Shown here piece by piece: positions 16,004 through 25,280 of a DNA stretch of 64,000 bases. Position 1 is the first letter of the stretch. Every line of letters starts with the position of its first letter. The translations under genes and the position numbers were made by a program. Below the pieces are notes generated by a model. That model did not search any database. It saw only the letters and a program-made list of their open reading frames with translations, and was not told the origin of the DNA. Source of the DNA: Escherichia coli (lineage in GTDB: Bacteria > Pseudomonadota > Gammaproteobacteria > Enterobacterales > Enterobacteriaceae); the NCBI RefSeq assembly GCF_003991155.1, contig NZ_CP031293.1. One strand, written 5' to 3'.

Positions 16004-17254
16004 ATGGAAAGTAAAGTAGTTGTTCCGGCACAAGGCAAGAAGATCACCCTGCAAAACGGCAAACTCAACGTTCCTGAAAATCCGATTATCCCTTACATTG
16101 AAGGTGATGGAATCGGTGTAGATGTAACCCCAGCCATGCTGAAAGTGGTCGACGCTGCAGTCGAGAAAGCCTATAAAGGCGAGCGTAAAATCTCCTGGAT
16201 GGAAATTTACACCGGTGAAAAATCCACACAGGTTTACGGTCAGGATGTCTGGCTGCCTGCTGAAACCCTTGATCTGATTCGTGAATATCGCGTTGCCATT
16301 AAAGGCCCGCTGACCACTCCGGTTGGTGGCGGTATTCGCTCTCTCAACGTTGCTCTGCGCCAGGAACTGGATCTCTACATCTGCCTGCGTCCGGTACGTT
16401 ACTATCAGGGCACTCCAAGCCCGGTTAAACACCCTGAACTGACCGATATGGTTATCTTCCGTGAAAACTCGGAAGACATTTATGCGGGTATCGAATGGAA
16501 AGCAGACTCTGCCGACGCTGAGAAAGTGATTAAATTCCTGCGTGAAGAGATGGGCGTGAAGAAAATTCGCTTCCCGGAACATTGCGGTATCGGTATTAAG
16601 CCGTGTTCTGAAGAAGGCACCAAACGTCTGGTTCGTGCAGCGATCGAATACGCAATTGCTAACGATCGTGACTCTGTGACCCTGGTGCACAAAGGCAACA
16701 TCATGAAGTTCACCGAAGGCGCGTTTAAAGACTGGGGCTACCAGCTGGCGCGTGAAGAGTTTGGCGGTGAACTGATCGACGGCGGCCCGTGGCTGAAAGT
16801 TAAAAACCCGAACACCGGCAAAGAGATCGTCATTAAAGACGTGATTGCTGACGCATTCCTGCAACAGATCCTGCTGCGTCCGGCTGAATATGATGTTATC
16901 GCCTGTATGAACCTGAACGGTGACTACATTTCTGACGCCCTGGCAGCACAGGTTGGCGGTATCGGTATCGCCCCTGGCGCAAACATCGGTGACGAATGCG
17001 CCCTGTTTGAAGCCACCCACGGTACTGCGCCGAAATATGCCGGTCAGGACAAAGTAAACCCAGGCTCTATTATTCTCTCCGCTGAGATGATGTTACGCCA
17101 TATGGGTTGGACTGAAGCCGCAGACCTGATTGTTAAAGGTATGGAAGGCGCGATCAACGCGAAGACTGTAACCTATGACTTCGAACGTCTGATGGAAGGC
17201 GCTAAACTGCTGAAATGTTCAGAGTTTGGTGATGCGATCATCAAGAATATGTAA
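16004..17254 (+). CDS. icd: isocitrate dehydrogenase (NADP)
   Basis: 416-aa ORF recognised as Icd; intact native 3' end. Confidence 0.95.
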   Translation: MESKVVVPAQGKKITLQNGKLNVPENPIIPYIEGDGIGVDVTPAMLKVVDAAVEKAYKGERKISWMEIYTGEKSTQVYGQDVWLPAETLDLIREYRVAIKGPLTTPVGGGIRSLNVALRQELDLYICLRPVRYYQGTPSPVKHPELTDMVIFRENSEDIYAGIEWKADSADAEKVIKFLREEMGVKKIRFPEHCGIGIKPCSEEGTKRLVRAAIEYAIANDRDSVTLVHKGNIMKFTEGAFKDWGYQLAREEFGGELIDGGPWLKVKNPNTGKEIVIKDVIADAFLQQILLRPAEYDVIACMNLNGDYISDALAAQVGGIGIAPGANIGDECALFEATHGTAPKYAGQDKVNPGSIILSAEMMLRHMGWTEAADLIVKGMEGAINAKTVTYDFERLMEGAKLLKCSEFGDAIIKNM

Positions 17255-17277
17255 TCACTACATGTGTTAAATATTGT

Positions 17278-17312
17278 AACGGGCGTATAACACGCCCGTT
17301 GTTTTATTTATG
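17278..17312 (+). terminator. icd rho-independent terminator
   Basis: hairpin aacgggcgtataacacgcccgtt followed by a T-rich run, 24 nt after the icd stop. Confidence 0.6.
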
Positions 17313-17356
17313 TGGATATTATTAATATCATGTCGAGAATATTTATATGAAGACCA

Positions 17357-17680
17357 TTACTTGAGCCCATATGGGCATATTTTTATAATGCAACTATTAT
17401 GCAAACATTTATTTGTTATTTTGCTTTCTCCTGGAGGACACTCTTGACTGCTTTTGAGTAAACTCCATAAATCCTTGTTGAATGGTGCGATGTTATAAAT
17501 AGTAATAGGATATTCTTTATCCTTAAGGATAATACCATACTTAACCGGTGTAAATATACTTCCAGGAGGGAGAAATATAGTAGATTGATACCAGATGATC
17601 ATTTTCATATCACCCCATATGGCTGAAAAAGATATGCCGCATGTAGGTTGAATTACCGTGTCAATTACTATCCACTTCAT
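17357..17680 (-). CDS. iraM: anti-adaptor protein IraM (RpoS stabiliser)
   Basis: 107-aa ORF recognised as IraM/YcgW; sits in very AT-rich DNA. Confidence 0.8.
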   Translation of the reverse strand: MKWIVIDTVIQPTCGISFSAIWGDMKMIIWYQSTIFLPPGSIFTPVKYGIILKDKEYPITIYNIAPFNKDLWSLLKSSQECPPGESKITNKCLHNSCIIKICPYGLK

Positions 17681-18147
17681 TTGTTATGTCTTATCCCACG
17701 GTGCTTAATATAATTCATTTGGATGTTCATTTCTTGATTTTGCATATGTGTATATTACTCCCAAAAAAATAAATTAATTAAAAATTAATGTCATTATCTA
17801 TATAAAACAAAATTTAAAGCAAGGAATCTCAATAGAGATTAAACAAAATGAGATTTAGTGAAAACATTAAATTATTCACTTCGTTTTAGATTTGTTTAGC
17901 TAAAATGTTATACATTCAAATGACTGAATATTCTGTAATTAAAACATAGCCTTTATGCTACTTTGAGCCAATTTGCTAAACATTATGGTTGGCCTTTTAA
18001 TATAACGATAATGATGAATATAAGCATGACCTGAGAATAAGGTTTCAATTTTTTAGTTATATAGGAATGGTTAAACCCGTTCCTGACTAAAATACATATA
18101 ATCGGATGATGACTAAACCAAAACACATGTGCGTTAAGTATTGAAAC

Positions 18148-18180
18148 GGGCGTATGGCACGCCCGTTGGTTTTATAAATA
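18148..18180 (+). repeat. second copy of the icd terminator hairpin
   Basis: aacgggcgtatggcacgcccgttggtttta is near-identical to 17278..17306; the two direct copies flank iraM. Confidence 0.5.
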
Positions 18181-18382
18181 TGTTAACCGTTATAAAATAA
18201 CGTATAGAAAGTCAAGTGATCACATTTCAAATATCAAGTTGATAGTATTGATCTGGTGATTATTTATGGGTGGCAATAAAAAGACAGTATTACTCATCCA
18301 TATGAATAGTCTCTGCACTTTTATTTCCATTATGCTAATGCCTTACTGAATTATGAAGCATTTTTTAAGCATCCAACTTTAG

Positions 18383-18787
18383 CTAGATTAATGGTTTATT
18401 GTTTTCTACATCTTCAATATATAAAAGCGTATTATCAATGGCGTAGTAACTGCGTTTGTTATGATTAACATCAGTAACCCACCGGAAAACGCCCGCGTCT
18501 GCCAGTGTTGAACAGTATTCCCGAAATGTAGATTTTCCGCAAATATGAAGCAATGCGGCCTCTTTTATTTTAGCAGGGTTCTTGGTCGTACTAACTTTTA
18601 ACAGGTTCCTGGTTCCTCTTAATAACAAAACCGTGTCATCGTGAGTAATAATTCTGATGTTATCCGTAGCTAGATAATAAATGTAATGTGCAATACGGTG
18701 ATGTTTTAATTCTGAATAAAACCAGGAGAAGTTTTGCTCTTTTCTCACTTGCTCAAACATCTTTTGAAAAACAACGACCTGATCCAT
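18383..18787 (-). CDS. ycgX: DUF1398-family protein YcgX
   Basis: 134-aa ORF; length and position match ycgX. Confidence 0.7.
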   Translation of the reverse strand: MDQVVVFQKMFEQVRKEQNFSWFYSELKHHRIAHYIYYLATDNIRIITHDDTVLLLRGTRNLLKVSTTKNPAKIKEAALLHICGKSTFREYCSTLADAGVFRWVTDVNHNKRSYYAIDNTLLYIEDVENNKPLI

Positions 18788-19007
18788 CAGGATAATAACC
18801 TCTTGTTAGTTGTGAGACTGCGTAGTGTGCACGATCGGTTTTACCACTTCAATCTGGTCTGTCCTTTGGCTGTGATATGTACAAAGTGTGAAAGGGGGAT
18901 TACCTGAATTCTCCCGGTGAGCATTTTGTAATGGACCAGCTCCGGTACAAACGCTGTTGTGGGTTCAGATTATAACATTCTGTCTAAGGGGCGGGATAAA
19001 GGTGAAA

Positions 19008-19739
19008 TTAGGGGGCATGGAAGATGACTTTATAACCTTGCTCACCCCAGTGTTGTAAAAGTTCGTTTTGCCTTCTCGTTGGTGCCATGCCTGTCCAGAC
19101 AATTAATGTTTGCGTCGGGAACAGTTCCGGGCGCGGCGATTCAATGGGATCAGCAAGAACAGAAATGTGCCATCCTGACAATGATAAACGCCATGCTTCC
19201 AGCCACAATCGTGCTCTCTCTTCAACATTCCACGCCATCAGAATGGCTTCTTTACCGGGCTTACGGCGCATTTCGAAAAGCGAGGCTGCTGCGTATTCAA
19301 TTAATGCGCCGTCAAACATACTGCTCATAATGCGGGAGGTGTTGTGATCAAGCACGAGACGCTGGCGAACAGGAAGGTAAACATGATTAATCAATTGATC
19401 TACTGGGTACTCTCGGCCCAGTGAAATAATTCTCGCGCGTAGTTTGGCAGGATTAGCCATACGAAGAATTGACATCATCTCTTCTTGCAGGCGGCTCCAG
19501 TCATCTTCCGTATCCTGGCTGGTGGTTTCCAGTAATGCTTTAACTTTGCCTACAGGGACGCCATTACTTATCCAACGCTTGATCTCTTCGATGCGTTGTA
19601 TGTCTTCTTCATCAAAGAGTCGGTGTCCGCCTTCACTGCGCTGTGGTTTTAACAAACCGTAGCGGCGTTGCCAGGCCCGGAGAGTGACAGGATTAATCCC
19701 GCAACGTTCAGCAACATCACCAATGCTGTAATAAGCCAC
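19008..19739 (-). CDS. bluR: MerR-family repressor BluR (YcgE)
   Basis: 243-aa ORF with N-terminal MerR HTH ([27 protein letters not shown]). Confidence 0.85.
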   Translation of the reverse strand: MAYYSIGDVAERCGINPVTLRAWQRRYGLLKPQRSEGGHRLFDEEDIQRIEEIKRWISNGVPVGKVKALLETTSQDTEDDWSRLQEEMMSILRMANPAKLRARIISLGREYPVDQLINHVYLPVRQRLVLDHNTSRIMSSMFDGALIEYAAASLFEMRRKPGKEAILMAWNVEERARLWLEAWRLSLSGWHISVLADPIESPRPELFPTQTLIVWTGMAPTRRQNELLQHWGEQGYKVIFHAP

Positions 19740-19943
19740 AATTCCTCCTTGCGGTCACAAATCTCCGTCGCCTGTACACGACCCAATAATACTTTGTACA
19801 ATATACGCTAAAATTGTACAAAGTATAAATAAGATTTCAGCTAAATTGAATGAAACATTATTTTTAATGTGGATTAAATTTAAACATAACGTATTCATTT
19901 TCACGATGATTTTCAGAAATCATACGAAATAATGTGCTGGAAA

Positions 19944-21155
19944 TTATTTTTTCTCCGGCCACGCAACTGAAGGGATACCATTCAATTTAGCTTTCGCAAA
20001 CAGATCTCCCTGAAACATCTCAATTCCTGCAGATTCAAGCCACATCCACTCTTCTGGTGTTGTCACACCCATAGCAGAGACTTGAATTTCAAGTGATGTA
20101 CAGCATTTTATGATCGCTTGAATAATTGCCTGCCGTGGCCCGCTTTTATGAACATTGGTAATCAATTCCTGACTGATTTTAATTCTGTCAGGCTGGAAGC
20201 GTGACAGGAGTAACAAACCGGCAAAACCTGCGCCAAAATGATCAATTGCTACACTGATACCGGCAGCCTTAAGCGATTTAATCGCTTCTGCAAACTCATC
20301 AAACCGAGATATGACTTCACTTTCAGTAAATTCAACGATGATTTGTTCAGGCACCAGAGCATTGGCCTTTATTTCATCAAGTAAAAAAGAGACTGCGTCA
20401 GGTTCGTTAACCAGGGTCATAGGTAATAGATTGATTGAAATCATTTTATCACCGAGCTCAAGTGCGTGTGCCATCGCGAATGCAAGCGCCTTACTTTTGA
20501 GATCCGCTGTATAGATTTCCCCGTCTTTACGCTGCCCAACCGCTATAGCTGATGGGCTATCTTCATTTTTTTGCACAATGGCTTCAAAAGCGATTATCCG
20601 CCGCGATAAGGGATCGACAATAGGATGAAAGGCAAAGTGGTCGTTTATAGTTGGTGAAAGGGTACAGGAATCAAGTTCTTTATCAGATCCGTCAGCGATA
20701 AAAAGCCAGGAGTCTTCGGCAGGGATCTCGAAATAGGTTGCTTGTTCGGTTGCAAGGACAAAAGTACGAAAAAATTGCAGCGCTCTGTCATCATAAGTTA
20801 GCTGAAATTTTGATGTGCCTTTGTCGAATACGGCCTGTAAAACGTCATCTCGCTCGTGCAGGCGCAAATCAAATAATTCCATTCCCGCTTTGCCAAAACG
20901 GCGAGCAGGCGCGTAATCGCACATCAGCTCAACAATATTATAGTGCCGTGGATCCTGGCATATAGCCCGATATATCATTTTAACCTGTTCTTCCGGACCT
21001 TCCAGAAGCTGGAAAAAATGAGAACCATTAAACAGTAAGATCCCTGTTACGTCAGACTGCATGTTCCTGCGATTTGCTATCGAAACCATTTCTTCGATTT
21101 TTTTGACAGGTTCGTCGTCACGTATATGGCTACGATAAATAAGGGTGGTAAGCAT
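19944..21155 (-). CDS. bluF: blue-light sensor BLUF-EAL protein BluF (YcgF)
   Basis: BLUF domain followed by a degenerate EAL domain; start placed at MLTTLIYRSH to give ~403 aa. Confidence 0.85.
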   Translation of the reverse strand: MLTTLIYRSHIRDDEPVKKIEEMVSIANRRNMQSDVTGILLFNGSHFFQLLEGPEEQVKMIYRAICQDPRHYNIVELMCDYAPARRFGKAGMELFDLRLHERDDVLQAVFDKGTSKFQLTYDDRALQFFRTFVLATEQATYFEIPAEDSWLFIADGSDKELDSCTLSPTINDHFAFHPIVDPLSRRIIAFEAIVQKNEDSPSAIAVGQRKDGEIYTADLKSKALAFAMAHALELGDKMISINLLPMTLVNEPDAVSFLLDEIKANALVPEQIIVEFTESEVISRFDEFAEAIKSLKAAGISVAIDHFGAGFAGLLLLSRFQPDRIKISQELITNVHKSGPRQAIIQAIIKCCTSLEIQVSAMGVTTPEEWMWLESAGIEMFQGDLFAKAKLNGIPSVAWPEKK

Positions 21156-21468
21156 TAACTGTCCAGGGTAATGGGAGAGGCGAGAGTAAGACGGTAACAG
21201 ACATATCTTCCGGTGTCTTTCTTTTAATACCAAAACATAACTGTTTCTTTACATTGATAAAAAATGGAAAAAGTTGAAGATGAGTTGGCGAAAATTCTTG
21301 TATAGGTTGTTATTTAAATGATGCAATATTTTTTATCATAACCTGTTGTTTTGTATGTATTAGCACTAAATGCAAAAAATTAATTTATCATTTTGTACAC
21401 ATATTTCGTACAAGTTTGCTATTGTTACCTCACTTAACATTGATTAACATTTTTAACAGAGGCGTAGC

Positions 21469-21705
21469 ATGCATCAAAATTCAGTGACTTTAGATTCTGC
21501 GGGAGCAATCACTCGTTACTTTGCAAAAGCTAACTTGCCTACTCAGCAGGAAACTCTCGGGGAAATTGTGACTGAGATTTTGAAAGATGGACGTAATCTG
21601 AGTCGAAAGTCGCTTTGTGCCAAACTTCTAGGCAGACTGGAACAAGCGACAGGGGAAGAGGAACAGAAACATTATAATGCACTAATTGGGTTGCTTTTTG
21701 AATAA
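21469..21705 (+). CDS. ycgZ: small protein YcgZ (BluR regulon)
   Basis: 78-aa ORF, first gene of the ycgZ-ymgA-ariR-ymgC cluster divergent from bluF. Confidence 0.8.
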   Translation: MHQNSVTLDSAGAITRYFAKANLPTQQETLGEIVTEILKDGRNLSRKSLCAKLLGRLEQATGEEEQKHYNALIGLLFE

Positions 21706-21747
21706 TGCAACAGCCTGATTATTTAACAGGTTAGCTATGAAGTCGTT

Positions 21748-22020
21748 ATGAAGACATCTGATAATGAAAGTACAAAATATGAAATTACTGGCCAGGCGGT
21801 GCTCCAGATACTGCGCATGAAGATAAATTTTTCGTTGCAGACTCTTATTAAGCAATTACTCGTAATGAAATCTGTTGAGGAAAATGCTTTCCGACGAGAT
21901 TTAATTGACAGCATAATTCGTGATTTTAGTAACAGTGATACAGGAGGGCCAAACAGAAGAACAGCGATAACTGACAATAAAAGTATTTTCAATGGTAAGA
22001 AAATAAACAGAATACATTAA
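21748..22020 (+). CDS. ymgA: connector protein YmgA
   Basis: 90-aa ORF, synteny. Confidence 0.8.
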   Translation: MKTSDNESTKYEITGQAVLQILRMKINFSLQTLIKQLLVMKSVEENAFRRDLIDSIIRDFSNSDTGGPNRRTAITDNKSIFNGKKINRIH

Positions 22021-22048
22021 AATTTCATAAGTAAGATGAGAGGTTACT

Positions 22049-22315
22049 ATGCTTGAAGATACTACTATTCATAATGCAATAGCTGATAAAGCGTTATCAA
22101 GTTACTTTCGCAGTTCGGGTAATTTGTTAGAAGAAGAGTCAGCTGTGTTAGGGCAGGCTGTCACCAATTTAATGCTTTCAGGCGATAATGTTAATAATAA
22201 AAATATTATCTTAAGTCTGATACACTCCCTGGAAACAACAAATGATATCCTCAAAGCTGATGTGATCAGAAAAACACTGGAAATCGTGTTGCGATACACA
22301 GCGGATGATATGTGA
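22049..22315 (+). CDS. ariR: biofilm/acid-resistance regulator AriR (YmgB)
   Basis: 88-aa ORF recognised as AriR. Confidence 0.8.
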   Translation: MLEDTTIHNAIADKALSSYFRSSGNLLEEESAVLGQAVTNLMLSGDNVNNKNIILSLIHSLETTNDILKADVIRKTLEIVLRYTADDM

Positions 22316-22427
22316 CTTTTAATTATTAAGTATAAATTTATAGAAAACTCATTCATCTTATTTTTGTCTGTCGCTTTAGACTATACACAGCATAATTTTA
22401 TTGGGTTAATATTTCTACGAGGCTGAC

Positions 22428-22676
22428 ATGAATAATTCAATCCCAGAGAGATTTATTTTGCAATGTGCTTTGTTTAAAAATCTCGAGAGGGAGGTGTTCA
22501 TGACGCATGGGTATGTTGATAGTTATATTATTGATCAGGCTTTACGCTTGCGTTTAAAAGATGAAACCAGTGTGATTCTTTCTGACCTCTATCTGCAAAT
22601 ATTGCAGTACATTGAAATGCATAAGACTACACTAACGGATATCATTATTAATGACAGGGAATCCGTGATCTCTTAG
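22428..22676 (+). CDS. ymgC: small protein YmgC
   Basis: 82-aa ORF, synteny. Confidence 0.75.
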   Translation: MNNSIPERFILQCALFKNLEREVFMTHGYVDSYIIDQALRLRLKDETSVILSDLYLQILQYIEMHKTTLTDIIINDRESVIS

Positions 22677-22770
22677 AACTTGAGTAAGGTTATAGAATAA
22701 ACATCAGCTGTATTACCATGCTGGTGCAAAGTGAGCATTTCAGGCGTTATGCTTTCTTAATATGTCCGCA

Positions 22771-22824
22771 ATATCAGGTGTCAAGAATGGAGAGTTCTCG
22801 CTCTCCATTCTTGACACCTGATAT
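22771..22824. terminator. 54-nt perfect palindrome (24-bp stem, 6-nt loop)
   Basis: atatcaggtgtcaagaatggagag ttctcg ctctccattcttgacacctgatat between ymgC and pdeG. Confidence 0.5.
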
Positions 22825-23007
22825 CCCGCCTAATTTATTTTATCCTATCTACATTATGCTCAATAATTAATGGGTTAGATCAAGATGGAGAAAATTTTAT
22901 CTTCGGCGTGGATATTTCTTATGCTCTCTACCATGCTCTCTGTAGATGCCAGCGCGAGCGAATGAATGGCATTTTCATGTATTAAACCCTTTGGCCGGGA
23001 CAAGCAA

Positions 23008-24531
23008 ATGCGCAATACACTCATACCCATCCTCGTTGCGATATGCTTGTTTATAACCGGTGTCGCTATTTTGAACATCCAGCTCTGGTATTCCGCAAAA
23101 GCAGAGTACCTGGCGGGAGCGAGATATGCCGCCAACAATATCAATCATATACTTGAAGAAGCGTCACAGGCGACTCAAACAGCGGTTAACATTGCCGGGA
23201 AGGAATGCGACCTCGAGGAGCAATATCAGCTTGGCACTGAAGCAGCTCTGAAACCTCACCTGCGCACAATCATCATTCTCAAACAGGGAACGGTCTGGTG
23301 TACATCCTTACCGGGGAATCGGGTCCTGCTGTCTCGTATTCCTGTTGTCCCGGACAGTAATTTACTGTTGGCTCCGGCAATCGACACCGTTAATAGATTA
23401 CCTATCCTGCTCTATCAGAGCCAATTTGCAGATACGCGCATTTTGGTTACGATAAGTGATCAGCATATTCGCGGGGCGCTTAATGTACCCTTGAAAGGGG
23501 TAAGGTATGTATTACGCGTGGCGGATGACATTATTGGACCTACGGGTGATGTGATGACGCTTAATGGACATTATCCCTATACCGAGAAGGTTCACTCCAC
23601 AAAATATCATTTCACTATTATCTTTAACCCGCCACCACTCTTTAGCTTCTACAGACTTATCGATAAAGGCTTTGGGATATTGATATTTATTCTGTTAATC
23701 GCCTGCGCCGCTGCTTTGCTGCTTGATAGGTATTTCAATAAAAGCGCAACGCCTGAAGAGATCCTGCGACGGGCTATAAATAATGGGGAGATCGTCCCTT
23801 TTTACCAACCTGTGGTAAATGGTCGGGAAGGGACATTGCGGGGAGTTGAGGTGTTAGCCCGCTGGAAACAACCTCACGGTGGATATATATCACCCGCGGC
23901 ATTTATTCCACTTGCTGAAAAATCCGGATTAATCGTTCCGCTTACGCAAAGCCTGATGAATCAGGTTGCCAGACAGATGAACGCTATCTCGAGTAAACTG
24001 CCGGAGGGTTTTCATATTGGAATTAATTTTAGCGCCTCGCATATTATTTCGCCGACGTTTGTCGACGAGTGCTTAAATTACCGTGACAGTTTTACCCGCC
24101 GCGATTTAAACCTCGTTCTGGAAGTCACCGAGCGTGAGCCATTAAATGTTGATGAAAGTCTGGTTCAGCGGTTGAACATTCTGCATGAAAATGGTTTTGT
24201 CATCGCGCTGGATGATTTCGGTACTGGCTACTCAGGGCTTTCTTATCTGCATGACCTGCATATTGATTATATCAAAATTGATCACAGTTTCGTTGGCCGC
24301 GTCAACGCAGACCCAGAATCAACCCGAATTCTGGATTGTGTATTGGATCTGGCGCGTAAACTTTCGATCAGTATCGTCGCTGAAGGTGTCGAAACGAAAG
24401 AACAACTTGATTATCTGAACCAAAATAATATCACATTTCAGCAGGGTTATTATTTCTATAAACCTGTTACATACATCGACCTGGTCAAAATTATCCTTTC
24501 TAAACCGAAGGTGAAGGTTGTGGTTGAGTGA
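23008..24531 (+). CDS. pdeG: CSS-motif EAL-domain c-di-GMP phosphodiesterase PdeG (YcgG)
   Basis: N-terminal TM/periplasmic CSS domain plus C-terminal EAL domain (EVLARW...DDFGTGYSGL); start taken at MRNTLIPI. Confidence 0.85.
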   Translation: MRNTLIPILVAICLFITGVAILNIQLWYSAKAEYLAGARYAANNINHILEEASQATQTAVNIAGKECDLEEQYQLGTEAALKPHLRTIIILKQGTVWCTSLPGNRVLLSRIPVVPDSNLLLAPAIDTVNRLPILLYQSQFADTRILVTISDQHIRGALNVPLKGVRYVLRVADDIIGPTGDVMTLNGHYPYTEKVHSTKYHFTIIFNPPPLFSFYRLIDKGFGILIFILLIACAAALLLDRYFNKSATPEEILRRAINNGEIVPFYQPVVNGREGTLRGVEVLARWKQPHGGYISPAAFIPLAEKSGLIVPLTQSLMNQVARQMNAISSKLPEGFHIGINFSASHIISPTFVDECLNYRDSFTRRDLNLVLEVTEREPLNVDESLVQRLNILHENGFVIALDDFGTGYSGLSYLHDLHIDYIKIDHSFVGRVNADPESTRILDCVLDLARKLSISIVAEGVETKEQLDYLNQNNITFQQGYYFYKPVTYIDLVKIILSKPKVKVVVE

Positions 24532-24662
24532 AAATTGATCAGCAAGGCCATGGTGCGGTGTAATTATAGACAGCTAATTAGCTCGTTGCCTCTTGTTACT
24601 ATTGTTCATTATTTTGTTTGCTATAATTGTTTGAAAGTTTTGACAGGATTGCCATTAGTAGC

Positions 24663-24881
24663 ATGAACAATAGTAATAATCTGGATTATTTCACTCTCTA
24701 TATCATCTTTTCCATTGCATTTATGCTGATCACTCTCCTGGTCATCCTTATTGCAAAACCCAGTACCGGGCTGGGAGAAGTGCTTGTGACGATAAATTTG
24801 CTTAATGCCCTTGTTTGGCTGGCGATCAATCTGGTTAATCGATTAAGGGAAAGACTCGTCAGCCACAGGGATCAGCACTAA
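24663..24881 (+). CDS. ymgF: small inner membrane protein YmgF
   Basis: 72-aa two-TM ORF (MNNSNNLDYF...). Confidence 0.7.
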   Translation: MNNSNNLDYFTLYIIFSIAFMLITLLVILIAKPSTGLGEVLVTINLLNALVWLAINLVNRLRERLVSHRDQH

Positions 24882-25280
24882 ACTTTCAGTTTCTCACTGT
24901 CAGTATGCGGCTGAATGGGTTGCTGGCAGTGAACGCCTGGGTCATTGAAGGAAAGGTATTATTGCGCAAATAGTTGTCAACCCTGGTGTTATCACAGTTG
25001 TTTTTATATATCATCGAAATAATTCCAATGGCAACTATTAATAATTTTGATGTCGAAGAGTTATTTGTTAAACAAATTCGTCACTCCAAAGTGATCAATG
25101 TCATGAAAATAAGGTGAAAAATGATAATGCTGACTTATTTATCATTTATGTATTGTCGCTGTTTATCTATTTAAATTTCTTGTGCTTTTGTTTTTGTCTT
25201 TACCCTCCGTTTTGGTAATCTGAACTCATAGGTTATTTGACCAGGAATGTTTGTTAATCCAATGAATGGATGGTTAATCT

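Noticed and set aside
15920-17020. 366-aa ORF on the minus strand
   Set aside because: It lies entirely antisense within icd, a highly conserved core gene, and its low-complexity composition is typical of a shadow ORF.
16004-18400. Prophage or defence island at the icd integration hotspot
   Set aside because: No integrase, phage structural genes or defence genes are present; the site is unoccupied apart from iraM.
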